Virus record (IMG/VR): IMGVR_UViG_3300025030_000062
Span: 1-64,000 of that record
Direction: 5' to 3' (one strand)
Length of the DNA: 64,000 bases
Origin: a virus
Positions within the stretch are counted from its first letter, which is position 1, and every line of letters starts with the position of its first letter. Below the pieces are notes generated by a model, which was given only the letters and a program-made list of their open reading frames with translations, was not told the origin of the DNA and ran no database searches. A program made the position numbers and the translations under genes. Shown here one piece after another: positions 9,347-17,279 of this stretch.

Positions 9347-9476
9347 GTCAGCACGGAAGGACGTGCGAGATAGCCTTGTGAAAAGACCTCAACCGGATAA
9401 AGCCGTTGGATGGTTCAGTAAACAAGGGTAGCATGTTTGAACAACACGGAACAGGTATCAAGCCCTGTACTCAGTT
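9341..9476 (+). ncRNA. tRNA-like element 1, with an 84-nt insert in place of the anticodon/variable arms
   Basis: AACTGAGT/ACTCAGTT closing stem; D-like arm GCACG-GAAGGA-CGTGC; T-like arm ACAGG-TATCAAGC-CCTGT. Confidence 0.6.
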
Positions 9477-9486
9477 TAAGCTTTAA

Positions 9487-9660
9487 ACGCCTCGCCGAAC
9501 CTTGAAGATGCTGGTGTTGTTTGGTGCTGTAGGCTTGACCTACAGAGGTAAGGTAGCCGTTTCGCGTTGCGGTCTTATCTGAATATGTAGCGCGGGGCTG
9601 AAAGCCGGGTCACTCGTAAGAAGGCTTGACTTTGCCAGTTTCAGAGTAAATTGGTTGTAG
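9487..9660 (+). ncRNA. Putative structured RNA (multi-hairpin)
   Basis: No ORF; stems GCCGAAC/GTTTGGT, CTGTAGG/CCTACAG, TTCGCGTTGC/GTAGCGCGGG, GGC-TGAAA-GCC, GCCAGTTT/AAATTGGT; many G-U pairs on the + strand. Confidence 0.45.
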
Positions 9661-9664
9661 TTTG

Positions 9665-9765
9665 ATTTGCAGCAAGTAGCTCAGCGGATAGAGCGTTCGG
9701 CAATTCGTTTTTACGAATGCAGTAATCTGAAAGGTCGTTGGTTCAAATCCAATCTTGCTGCAAAT
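9665..9765 (+). ncRNA. tRNA-like element 2 (pseudo-tRNA with a 26-nt anticodon loop, no CCA)
   Basis: CAGCAAG-TA-GCTC-AGCGGATA-GAGC-G-TTCGG-[26 nt]-CTGAA-AGGTC-GTTGG-TTCAAAT-CCAAT-CTTGCTG; acceptor stem extends to 12 bp. Confidence 0.8.
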
Positions 9766-9958
9766 TGTTCAGGTTGCGCGGATTCATTAAAGGAAGATCA
9801 GAGCAGTCTTCGCCTGAATAGTAACAGAAGTTAGTTGAAGGTGTTTGCCGCAACGATTTACTGTTTCAAATCGCTAGTACAGTGAGGGCATGATTCGAAG
9901 TTTGAAATATAACCAAATAGCCGAAAAGCCTTTGCATGAGCGACCTGACTACTAGCAA
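9765..9958 (+). ncRNA. Putative structured RNA
   Basis: No ORF; TTGTTCAGG/CCTGAATAG and GCTAGTA/TACTAGC long-range stems. Confidence 0.4.
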
Positions 9959-9960
9959 CG

Positions 9961-10005
9961 AACCCGCTTTGACAGATTAAAACCTGTTAAAGCGGGTTTT
10001 CTTTT
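9961..10005 (+). terminator. Rho-independent terminator
   Basis: AACCCGCTTTGACAG...CTGTTAAAGCGGGTT followed by TTCTTTT. Confidence 0.85.
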
Positions 10006-10014
10006 GCCGAACTC

Positions 10015-10044
10015 TTGACATTCATGATTAAGATTTGTTAGAGT
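10015..10044 (+). promoter_or_regulatory. sigma70-like promoter for the lysis/packaging genes
   Basis: TTGACA-18 bp-TAGAGT with extended TG. Confidence 0.55.
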
Positions 10045-10197
10045 GTTGCCGCAAGCTCCAAAACTTTAGTTTAAGGAGATTCTAATGCAAGAAAGCAAGT
10101 TAACCTGTCCGGTACTGCGTTGGTACGGTCATTGTTACATGAGCGTTGAATGCAAATCTTGTGGAAGATTGCGCTAACCAGTTGTCAGGAGGTATAA

Positions 10198-10389
10198 ATG
10201 CCGCCGCAAACTGAAGAATTTAGTCGTGAAAGTGTTAATGCTCTTGTATGTCCTGCTCTTAATATTCTTAGAGCTATTGAACTTGATTTAGCGGGTTGTG
10301 ACTGTATTTATAAGCCGAAGATTCGCAATGCTACTGATAACTTGCTTAAGCTAATGACTCTTGCTAAACGAGGTGATTTGAATGGCTAA
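10198..10389 (+). CDS. Hypothetical protein
   Basis: AGGAGG RBS. Confidence 0.55.
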   Translation: MPPQTEEFSRESVNALVCPALNILRAIELDLAGCDCIYKPKIRNATDNLLKLMTLAKRGDLNG

Positions 10390-10807
10390 GATAGATACTC
10401 TTGAACCGGATTTTAAGGTTCGAGTTGAAGAACTGATCAAACGAACCGAAGCGGCTACCAACCGCCAATGGGCTATTAGTGACGCTCGCCGCACTATGGC
10501 TCAGCAGCGTGATATTTACGCTCAAGGCCGAACTAAGCCGGGAAAGGTAGTATCGAACGCTAAGCCTGGACAATCGGCGCATAACTTTGCCTTAGCGATT
10601 GATCTATGGCCGCTTAAAGCCGATGGTAAGAACTTTGATTGGGGTGCTAGCCAAGCTTTGTTTAAAGTGATGGCCGACATTGCTGTTGAAATGGGTCTTA
10701 CTTCAGGTTTCTACTTTAAGAGTATTCACGATGCTCCTCATGTTGAACATCCGCGTTGGCGTCAGCAGCAAGCTAAATGGAAAGCTGGTGAGATTCAAAT
10801 TGCGTAA
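10382..10807 (+). CDS. Endolysin, peptidase M15 (L-Ala-D-Glu peptidase type)
   Basis: RTMAQQRDIYAQGRT, SAHNFALAID (His/Asp Zn ligands), DAPHVE. Confidence 0.9.
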   Translation: MAKIDTLEPDFKVRVEELIKRTEAATNRQWAISDARRTMAQQRDIYAQGRTKPGKVVSNAKPGQSAHNFALAIDLWPLKADGKNFDWGASQALFKVMADIAVEMGLTSGFYFKSIHDAPHVEHPRWRQQQAKWKAGEIQIA

Positions 10808-11060
10808 CGTAGCTTTGCTTATAGTTGTATTAATGCTAACCGGCTGTGCTATATTAGGTCAGCGTGAATCTTCAGTACAATTGTCTAATGGCGAAATAGT
10901 AACTATACGATGCCCACATGACGGTAAGGTAGAGTTTAAGCAAGGTGAAACGCAGATTAAAGTTGATCTTCAAGGTAAGCCTGGGCCGATTGATTCATTG
11001 GTAGCTTTAATGTCTTTAGGGTTTGCGAGGCTGTTTACAACAACTGAGGTGGTTAAATGA
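10788..11060 (+). CDS. Lipoprotein (possible spanin-like)
   Basis: Signal peptide with lipobox LTGC; hydrophobic C-terminal segment; overlaps the endolysin end. Confidence 0.6.
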   Translation: MRFKLRNVALLIVVLMLTGCAILGQRESSVQLSNGEIVTIRCPHDGKVEFKQGETQIKVDLQGKPGPIDSLVALMSLGFARLFTTTEVVK

Positions 11061-11602
11061 TAAAGCTTTGTGAACAGCTTTGTTATGAGAGCTATTCTGA
11101 CAGCAAAAACTTTACAGAAGTAGGGGATTTGGCCTACGGTTTGTTCTACACACCTTACGGTAAAATTCTATGCATCAGAGGCTCCGAGAATGCCTTGAAT
11201 TGGCTTCGTAACGTCAGGGCCGTACCTTGGCGCACCTGCGGCGGTCATATTGCCCACAAGGGGTTCATACGAGCTTTCCAGGCGCTTTGTAGCGGCGGGA
11301 TGCCTACCGGAGCAGGCGCGTGTGACATCGTGACAGGACATAGCCTTGGCGGGGCCATAGCGACCCTCTACGCTGAGCAGGCCGGATGCAAGGTAGTCAC
11401 CTTTGGCTCGCCTAAAGTGTACTTCAGATTCGCTCCTGCGCCGGTTCTGGATCACATTCGAATAGTGCGTGACGACGATCCTGTTCCCTGGATTCCTGGT
11501 ATGTTCTACAGCCATAGAACTGAAGCTACGGTGAGGAAAGATGACGATCATCATTTGCTTCAGATTGAAGACCACTTTATGAAAGGATACTTGACCAAAT
11601 GA
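11057..11602 (+). CDS. Class-3 lipase (alpha/beta hydrolase)
   Basis: IRGS, HKGF, VTGHSLGGA nucleophile elbow, TFGSP, DPVP, C-terminal DH. Confidence 0.9.
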   Translation: MIKLCEQLCYESYSDSKNFTEVGDLAYGLFYTPYGKILCIRGSENALNWLRNVRAVPWRTCGGHIAHKGFIRAFQALCSGGMPTGAGACDIVTGHSLGGAIATLYAEQAGCKVVTFGSPKVYFRFAPAPVLDHIRIVRDDDPVPWIPGMFYSHRTEATVRKDDDHHLLQIEDHFMKGYLTK

Positions 11603-11795
11603 GAACTTTAGCTTTGCTGGTTTGGATAGTGATTCTGTTGACTAGTTCTATTGTGGGTAAATAAGAGGATAAATTAAATGGCAAGAGATAAGTGTATTTA
11701 CAATCGTCATATCGAATGTGTTAACTGTGAACTTTGTGACAGATACAAGAAATGATGAACTTATTAGGCTGTTGATTCTATTGTTGGGGTGAGTA

Positions 11796-12191
11796 ATGCC
11801 TATTGCGCCTAGAAGACCTTGTTTACAACCTGGATGTGGTGCACTTGGTAATACGCCTTATTGCGAGAAGCACACTATTCAAAAGAAAGAAGAAGTTCGT
11901 ATTAAAGATCGGTATCGTGGTTCTGCTGCTTCAAGGGGCTATACGCACGAATGGAATAAATTTAGTAAAAGATATAGAGAACAAAACCCTTTATGTGTGA
12001 TGTGTGAAAAGGAAGGTAAGTTAGTTTTAGCTCAATGCGTTGACCACATCATTCCTCATAAGGGTGATCAGAAATTGTTTTGGGATTTGAATAACCTACA
12101 GTCGCTATGCCACTCGCACCATTCAGAGAAAACTGCGCGTGAAGATAACGGTTACGGTAATGCAGCAAAAGAACGAGAAAGATTCATCTAA
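11796..12191 (+). CDS. HNH endonuclease (HK97 gp74-like packaging cofactor)
   Basis: PLCVMC...VDHIIPHKGD...NLQSLCHSHH; directly upstream of terS. Confidence 0.9.
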   Translation: MPIAPRRPCLQPGCGALGNTPYCEKHTIQKKEEVRIKDRYRGSAASRGYTHEWNKFSKRYREQNPLCVMCEKEGKLVLAQCVDHIIPHKGDQKLFWDLNNLQSLCHSHHSEKTAREDNGYGNAAKERERFI

Positions 12192-12200
12192 GGAACTAAA

Positions 12201-12653
12201 ATGGCGAACACAAGTCTGAAACCCGCGCATTTGAAAGTAGTGGACAAAGCACATGCTCACATGTACGACTATGACAATCCTGAACCGTCTAAGGATTGGC
12301 CTGTTACACCATCTCGCTTGTCACCTAAAGCAGCAGGTATCTTTGAGCGAATGGTATTGCGTATTGCTGAACTTTATCCTCCTTCAGCTTCTCATACCGA
12401 AATTTTAGCAATTTACGCCGAGGCCGAGGAAGATTATCTTGAACTGTCTGCTTACATTAAGTGGAATGGCCGAACTTTCACTACTGAAAATGGACAAATC
12501 AAACCTTATCCTGAAGTAGCAATGAGGAATGAAGCTAAGAATACGATGGAAAAGATACTTAAGGAGTTTGGTCTAAGTCCTGCTTCGTCGCGTAATGTAA
12601 AAGTAACCAAGCGTCAAGAGAAGCGTAACAGCTTTGCGGATTTGGATGATTGA
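12201..12653 (+). CDS. terS: Terminase small subunit, P27 family
   Basis: KPAHLKVV, IKPYPEV, KEFGLSPASSR; position. Confidence 0.85.
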   Translation: MANTSLKPAHLKVVDKAHAHMYDYDNPEPSKDWPVTPSRLSPKAAGIFERMVLRIAELYPPSASHTEILAIYAEAEEDYLELSAYIKWNGRTFTTENGQIKPYPEVAMRNEAKNTMEKILKEFGLSPASSRNVKVTKRQEKRNSFADLDD

Positions 12654-12654
12654 T

Positions 12655-12813
12655 ATGGCTAAGTGCGAACTGGTTATTAGAGTCGAAGTTAAATGGTGGC
12701 TGAAGCTGTATCTTAGCGGCTTGAGTATGGTTTGCTGGATTACTGGCAATGAGCCTGATTGGGATAAGGTTAATGCCTGGGTTAAGCGAGGTATTAAATT
12801 TGAACAGGTATAG
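12655..12813 (+). CDS. 52-aa hypothetical protein
   Basis: MAKCELVIRVEVKWWLKLYL...; starts 1 nt after the terS stop. Confidence 0.5.
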   Translation: MAKCELVIRVEVKWWLKLYLSGLSMVCWITGNEPDWDKVNAWVKRGIKFEQV

Positions 12814-12924
12814 AATGCCCACACCTTTACCTCAGTGGTTAATCGAACTGATTGAGCGTTGCAAGCGCGAAAAGGAGAATGGAAAGGTTAACTTAAACTA
12901 ATTTAAGGTTAAGGGTTGCTTATC

Positions 12925-12953
12925 TTGACTTTAAGAACTAATTCAGGTAGGGT
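12925..12953 (+). promoter_or_regulatory. sigma70-like promoter
   Basis: TTGACT-17 bp-TAGGGT. Confidence 0.55.
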
Positions 12954-12971
12954 GTCGTGCAAATACAGAAT

Positions 12972-13060
12972 GCACTCCGCCAAGTGCTAATGAGATAGGA
13001 TACGGGATACATCTCGTTCCTTAAATCCCCTTATCAGATGGCGGTCTGATAAGGGGATTT
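12972..13060 (+). promoter_or_regulatory. Structured 5' leader with a potential kissing loop
   Basis: GCACT-CCGCCA-AGTGC and AAATCCCCTTATCAGA-TGGCGG-TCTGATAAGGGGATTT; the two loops are complementary. Confidence 0.6.
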
Positions 13061-13077
13061 CTAGTTTAGGGGTTTTT

Positions 13078-14010
13078 ATGAATGAAGACTTCAAGTTAAA
13101 AAGTACAAAATGTAAAGATAGACCTACTTATATTTATATTTGTTGTGATCCTAACACTTCAGAATGTAGATACGTTGGTAAAACCATTCGTTCTGTGGAT
13201 TACAGAATCAAAGCTCATGTTAAAGACCTATCTTTAAATCATAGAGCTAATTGGTTTAGACATGTTGGTTTTCCTGACTATTTTGTAGTTGAAATTGTTC
13301 CTCCTGGTGGTGATTGGATCGAAGCCGAGCAATTTTGGATTGCCTATATGAAGAGTTTAGGAGCAAATCTTGTTAATATGACAATAGGGGGTGAAGGTCT
13401 TTCTGGTTGGAATCATTCTGACAAAACTAAACACAAAATCAGGTTAGGCCATTTAGGTAAAAAGAAAGGTCCTATGCCCGATTATCATAAATTTAAAATT
13501 AGTTTAGGAGGTAAAGGTAAAAAACGTTCGGCTGAGACATGCACCAAACTAAGTATTGTTAACACAGGAAAAAAGATAGCTCCTGAAGTTATAGCTAAAA
13601 TAAAAGCCAGTAAAAAAGGTAAAGTTCCTGTGCTGTCGGAAGAGGGACGTGCTAAAATTGTAGCCGCAGGTAGAGCTAGAAAAGGAGTTGCTTTATCTGA
13701 AGAAAGAATAGCAATTATTGCAGAAACTAATCGAAGAAGATGTACCGGTGTGAAGCAGACGCCTGAACACGTTGCTAAATGCGCAGCGGCTAGAACAGGC
13801 CATGAGGTTTCACAAGAAACGCGTGATAAAATAAGTCGCGCTAACAAAGGTACTAATCATAGAGAAGGTACTCGCCATAGCGAAGAGACTTTGGCTAAAA
13901 TGTCACAGTCTGCGAAAAAGAGAGGTGCTTTACAAAGAGCCAAAAGGGAAGCAGAGCTTTTAGCTTTTTTCAGCATGACCGAACCTATTGAATGGTGCGA
14001 AAATGAGTAG
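13078..14010 (+). CDS. Free-standing GIY-YIG homing endonuclease with NUMOD3 repeats
   Basis: YIY...RYVGKT...R...EAEQFWI...NMTIGGEG; repeats HSDKTKHKI, SQETRDKIS, HSEETLAKMS. Confidence 0.9.
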   Translation: MNEDFKLKSTKCKDRPTYIYICCDPNTSECRYVGKTIRSVDYRIKAHVKDLSLNHRANWFRHVGFPDYFVVEIVPPGGDWIEAEQFWIAYMKSLGANLVNMTIGGEGLSGWNHSDKTKHKIRLGHLGKKKGPMPDYHKFKISLGGKGKKRSAETCTKLSIVNTGKKIAPEVIAKIKASKKGKVPVLSEEGRAKIVAAGRARKGVALSEERIAIIAETNRRRCTGVKQTPEHVAKCAAARTGHEVSQETRDKISRANKGTNHREGTRHSEETLAKMSQSAKKRGALQRAKREAELLAFFSMTEPIEWCENE

Positions 14011-15733
14011 GGACTATACCGCTATTTCATATCAATACTGCTTAGATGTCGTCAACGATACACTTCCCAACAGAATAGCATGTAAATTGGAAAAGCTTGC
14101 TTGCCAGCGTCAACTTCGTGATTTGGAACGTCAGCACGATCTTTCATTTCCTTATACGTTTGATGCTTCAAAAGGAAACAGGCATTGCCGTTTCATGGAA
14201 AAATTACCTCATGTTAAAGGGTCGCAACGTGGTGAATTGCTCACATTGGAGCCACATCAGGTTTTCATGCATCATACCTTGTTCGCATGGGTCAAGAAGG
14301 AAACTGGTTTCAGACGTTATACAAAGGTGTACTTCGAGCTTCCCCGTAAGAACGGCAAAAGTTTCAGCTCAGCAGGAATAGGATTATATTGTGCATTTGC
14401 CGAAAAAGAGAAAGGTGCAGAAGTATTTGCTGGCGCAACTTCACTCAGGCAAGCCATGATGGTATTTGAACCAGCGTGGCAGATGGTTTCAATGAGTGAT
14501 GATCTTAAAGACGCATTTGGTTTAACATTAGCTGGTACAGCACGTAACCCTACTTCAATCTACAGAATGGATGACATGAGTCGTTTTGAGCCAATTGTAG
14601 GCAAGGCTTCAGACGGAAACAATCCAACATGTTCAATAATAGACGAATACCATGAACATTCTGATAGTTCATTACCTGATTCACAACTTACTGGTATGGG
14701 AAGTAGACAACAGCCGCTTCTTTTATTTATCACAACAGCCGGATTTGACACTTCATCGCCTTGTTACGAAGAACATTTAGAAGCAATTAAAGTTTTAGAA
14801 GGAACGATAGAGAAGGAAAATACATTTTGCATCATATTCGGAATTGATCCTACAGATGAATGGTCTGATTGGGAGTGTTGGCGTAAGGCCAACCCCAACT
14901 ACGGTGTGAGTATCACAGCCGATTCGTTGAAAGAAACATATCACAACGCAATGACTAGCTTAAAGGATCGTTCGACGCTACTTACAAAGCATCTTAACGT
15001 TTGGATGAACGGCGGTCAAACTGCATTTGATATGTTGGCTTGGGATAAGTGTAAAGATACTTCTTTGAAGTTGGAAGACTTCAAGGGTCAGCGTTGTTTC
15101 GTCGGTATGGACTTAGCTTCAAAGCTGGACCTTTGCGCCGTGATGTTTTTATTTCCGGTAGGCAAGGAAGTCGTTGTATTTGGTAAATATTATTTGCCTA
15201 GTGATACAGTAGATCGTCCAGAGAATAAACATTGGCAATTATGGCGAGACGAAGGTTTGCTTACTGTTACACCAGGAGCTAGAACTGACTACAGGCAAAT
15301 AGAAGAGGATTTGATTCAGGCTGATAAAGAGTTTAAAATCATAGAACTCGCATTTGACCAAAAAGAAGCGTCTTACTTAGTTTCAAATCTTCAGACAGAA
15401 TGTTCATTTGAATGCGTAGAAATTAATCAGTCACCCGCCATGATTTCGGAGCCAATGAAAGAGCTTGAGGCTATGATAATGGAAGCGGAGATTAAACACA
15501 ATGGAGATAAGCTATTAACTTGGTGCATGTCGAACGTCATTAAGAAAACAGCTCGTTCAGGAGGTGATACAAAGCATTATTTTCCAACCAAGCAAAACAA
15601 TTCAATGAAAATTGATCCCGCAGTCGCTATCATAATGGGTCTTAGCAGATTGAAAGTTCATTGCGAAGACGATAAAGATTCATACAACGCTAGAGCAGCA
15701 AGAGGCGAAGAGAATATATTGAGGGTGCTTTAA
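14003..15733 (+). CDS. terL: Terminase large subunit (HK97/Terminase_1 type)
   Basis: Walker A PRKNGKS, Walker B IIDEYH, ITTAG, GMDLAS, KIDPAVA. Confidence 0.95.
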   Translation: MSRDYTAISYQYCLDVVNDTLPNRIACKLEKLACQRQLRDLERQHDLSFPYTFDASKGNRHCRFMEKLPHVKGSQRGELLTLEPHQVFMHHTLFAWVKKETGFRRYTKVYFELPRKNGKSFSSAGIGLYCAFAEKEKGAEVFAGATSLRQAMMVFEPAWQMVSMSDDLKDAFGLTLAGTARNPTSIYRMDDMSRFEPIVGKASDGNNPTCSIIDEYHEHSDSSLPDSQLTGMGSRQQPLLLFITTAGFDTSSPCYEEHLEAIKVLEGTIEKENTFCIIFGIDPTDEWSDWECWRKANPNYGVSITADSLKETYHNAMTSLKDRSTLLTKHLNVWMNGGQTAFDMLAWDKCKDTSLKLEDFKGQRCFVGMDLASKLDLCAVMFLFPVGKEVVVFGKYYLPSDTVDRPENKHWQLWRDEGLLTVTPGARTDYRQIEEDLIQADKEFKIIELAFDQKEASYLVSNLQTECSFECVEINQSPAMISEPMKELEAMIMEAEIKHNGDKLLTWCMSNVIKKTARSGGDTKHYFPTKQNNSMKIDPAVAIIMGLSRLKVHCEDDKDSYNARAARGEENILRVL

Positions 15734-15763
15734 TTGTGGGTAATGACTAAAAGGAGAAAATAA

Positions 15764-16000
15764 ATGGAAATGCAATTTCTAACACTGCTTAACGATAACA
15801 ATGATTGGATTGATTGGGCTGAACTTTGGTTTGGTGAACTAGAGGGCTTAGAGACTCCTGTAGAGTTTCCTTGCTACGCTTCACATGAATGCATTGGCTT
15901 TGATGACCTGGAAACTGAAGGTGATTGCATGGGCGATGCTTTGTTCTGGCCTACGTTTCTGTATGAGAAGGATGTTCGTGAGATGTTGGAAAGGATGTGA
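15764..16000 (+). CDS. Acidic hypothetical protein
   Basis: AAGGAG RBS. Confidence 0.6.
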   Translation: MEMQFLTLLNDNNDWIDWAELWFGELEGLETPVEFPCYASHECIGFDDLETEGDCMGDALFWPTFLYEKDVREMLERM

Positions 16001-16004
16001 TGTT

Positions 16005-16217
16005 ATGGAACTAGAACCTATTGTCAAAGTAGGCGATCAATATAGAATTTATTATGGTGAAGATAATCTTAATAACGTTCAGCGTTTGCATATTCTTGCA
16101 ATCATAGAACGGCAAGTAATGTTTAAATATTGGACTAGACGTGGTTGGCGATATTGTTTAGAAAGTTCACATTGGTTTAAATTGCTGAATGAAAAAGGTT
16201 ATCTTATTAAACTCTAA
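16005..16217 (+). CDS. Hypothetical protein
   Basis: In-frame ATG 16005 after the previous stop. Confidence 0.55.
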   Translation: MELEPIVKVGDQYRIYYGEDNLNNVQRLHILAIIERQVMFKYWTRRGWRYCLESSHWFKLLNEKGYLIKL

Positions 16218-16233
16218 AAGGAGAAACCAAGAA

Positions 16234-16524
16234 ATGGCAAAGTACAGAAAGAAACCGGTTGAGATTGAAGCAATCACGTTTGATGAACTTGTTGAGCATG
16301 GTAAAGCTAATTGCGGCGGCAACATTGTCAACGGAATGCCTTGGTCGTTTACTTACGAAGGACAAGCAATTAGCCATGAAAATGATGAATGCTATTTGAT
16401 TCCCACACTTGAAGGGACTATGAAGTTCACGCCTGATGATATGTTGATTACTGGCATTAAGGGTGAGATTTATCCATGTAAGAAAGAGATATTCTTTGCT
16501 AGCTATGATTGTGTGGAGGGATGA
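16234..16524 (+). CDS. Conserved phage protein of the 'KYRKKPV...TLEG...YPCK' type
   Basis: KYRKKPVEIEA, IPTLEG, GEIYPCKKEIF; AAGGAG RBS. Confidence 0.75.
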   Translation: MAKYRKKPVEIEAITFDELVEHGKANCGGNIVNGMPWSFTYEGQAISHENDECYLIPTLEGTMKFTPDDMLITGIKGEIYPCKKEIFFASYDCVEG

Positions 16525-16829
16525 TGAACAGAACTGAGCATCTTTTAACATGCGCGGCTGAAGAATGTAACGAAATTGCTCAACGTGTAAGTAAAGCTTT
16601 GCGCTTTGGACTTGATGATATGCAAGTAGGGCAAGGACTAAGCAATGCCGAGAGAATTGTTCAAGAGTTTCGAGATTTGCAGGCTGTGATGGAAATGCTT
16701 GAAGATGAGTTTATTGTCGAACCTTGTGTTTGGATTCGTGATGTGCAAGCTATTGAAGAAAAGAAAGCAAAGGTTGAAAAGTATCTAAGGTACGCTGAAT
16801 CTACTTGCGGAACTTTAAAGGAGAACTAA
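16521..16829 (+). CDS. MazG-like NTP pyrophosphohydrolase
   Basis: AEECNEIAQRVSKALRFG...EFRDL (EExxE...ExxD). Confidence 0.7.
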   Translation: MMNRTEHLLTCAAEECNEIAQRVSKALRFGLDDMQVGQGLSNAERIVQEFRDLQAVMEMLEDEFIVEPCVWIRDVQAIEEKKAKVEKYLRYAESTCGTLKEN

Positions 16830-17021
16830 ATGCAACCATTTCAAGAAAGAGTTGTTCAAGAGAAAGCTGAATTGGATGAAAAGATTGATAAGCTTGTTTC
16901 TTTTATGAATTCTGCGTTAGCTGTCGTTCCTTTTGAAGAATGGGAAAGATTAAAGCGCCAATACGTTGCTATGACTGAGTATTCTTTAATCTTGGGCGAG
17001 CGCATTGCGGCGTTTGAATAA
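16830..17021 (+). CDS. crAss001_48-like helical-hairpin protein
   Basis: QERVVQEKAELDEKIDKL...LKRQYVAMTEYSLILGERI. Confidence 0.75.
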   Translation: MQPFQERVVQEKAELDEKIDKLVSFMNSALAVVPFEEWERLKRQYVAMTEYSLILGERIAAFE

Positions 17022-17057
17022 TTTTAGTACGTACATATTTTCATATTTCGAGGAATT

Positions 17058-17279
17058 ATGACTCACGGTGGCGCAAGACAGGGAGCCGGTGCGCCGGAAG
17101 GCCCTCGGCCTGGAACGGCAACAGAGAGGCACGAAATCCGGCTTACAACGCATGAGAAGCAGGTTCTGAGGCGTCGTGCGGCGGCTCGCGGCATGACTGT
17201 TAGCGAGTTCATCAAGGTGCAGTGCTTGAGCGGGAAGGAGGATTGTGATGTTGTTCTCTATGACACATCTTTACTTTGA
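17058..17279 (+). CDS. Ribbon-helix-helix DNA-binding protein
   Basis: GGARQGAG arm; EIRLTTHEKQVLRRRAAARGMTVSEFI. Confidence 0.75.
   Translation: MTHGGARQGAGAPEGPRPGTATERHEIRLTTHEKQVLRRRAAARGMTVSEFIKVQCLSGKEDCDVVLYDTSLL

Noticed and set aside
9487-9660. Hammerhead or HDV-like ribozyme
   Set aside because: No correctly placed CUGANGA/GAAA core or nested double pseudoknot could be assembled by eye
9665-9765. Calling this a functional canonical tRNA
   Set aside because: 26-nt anticodon loop, no U33, no encoded CCA and an extended acceptor stem; reported as tRNA-like instead
12900-14010. Group I intron carrying the GIY-YIG gene
   Set aside because: terS and terL each look complete and uninterrupted; no intron core recognised
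16830-17021. Acb2 anti-CBASS protein
   Set aside because: Size fits, but the sequence lacks the Acb2 pattern I recall (GYRxL...A.T..Q...M...RA.A.P); it fits a crAss001_48-like family better
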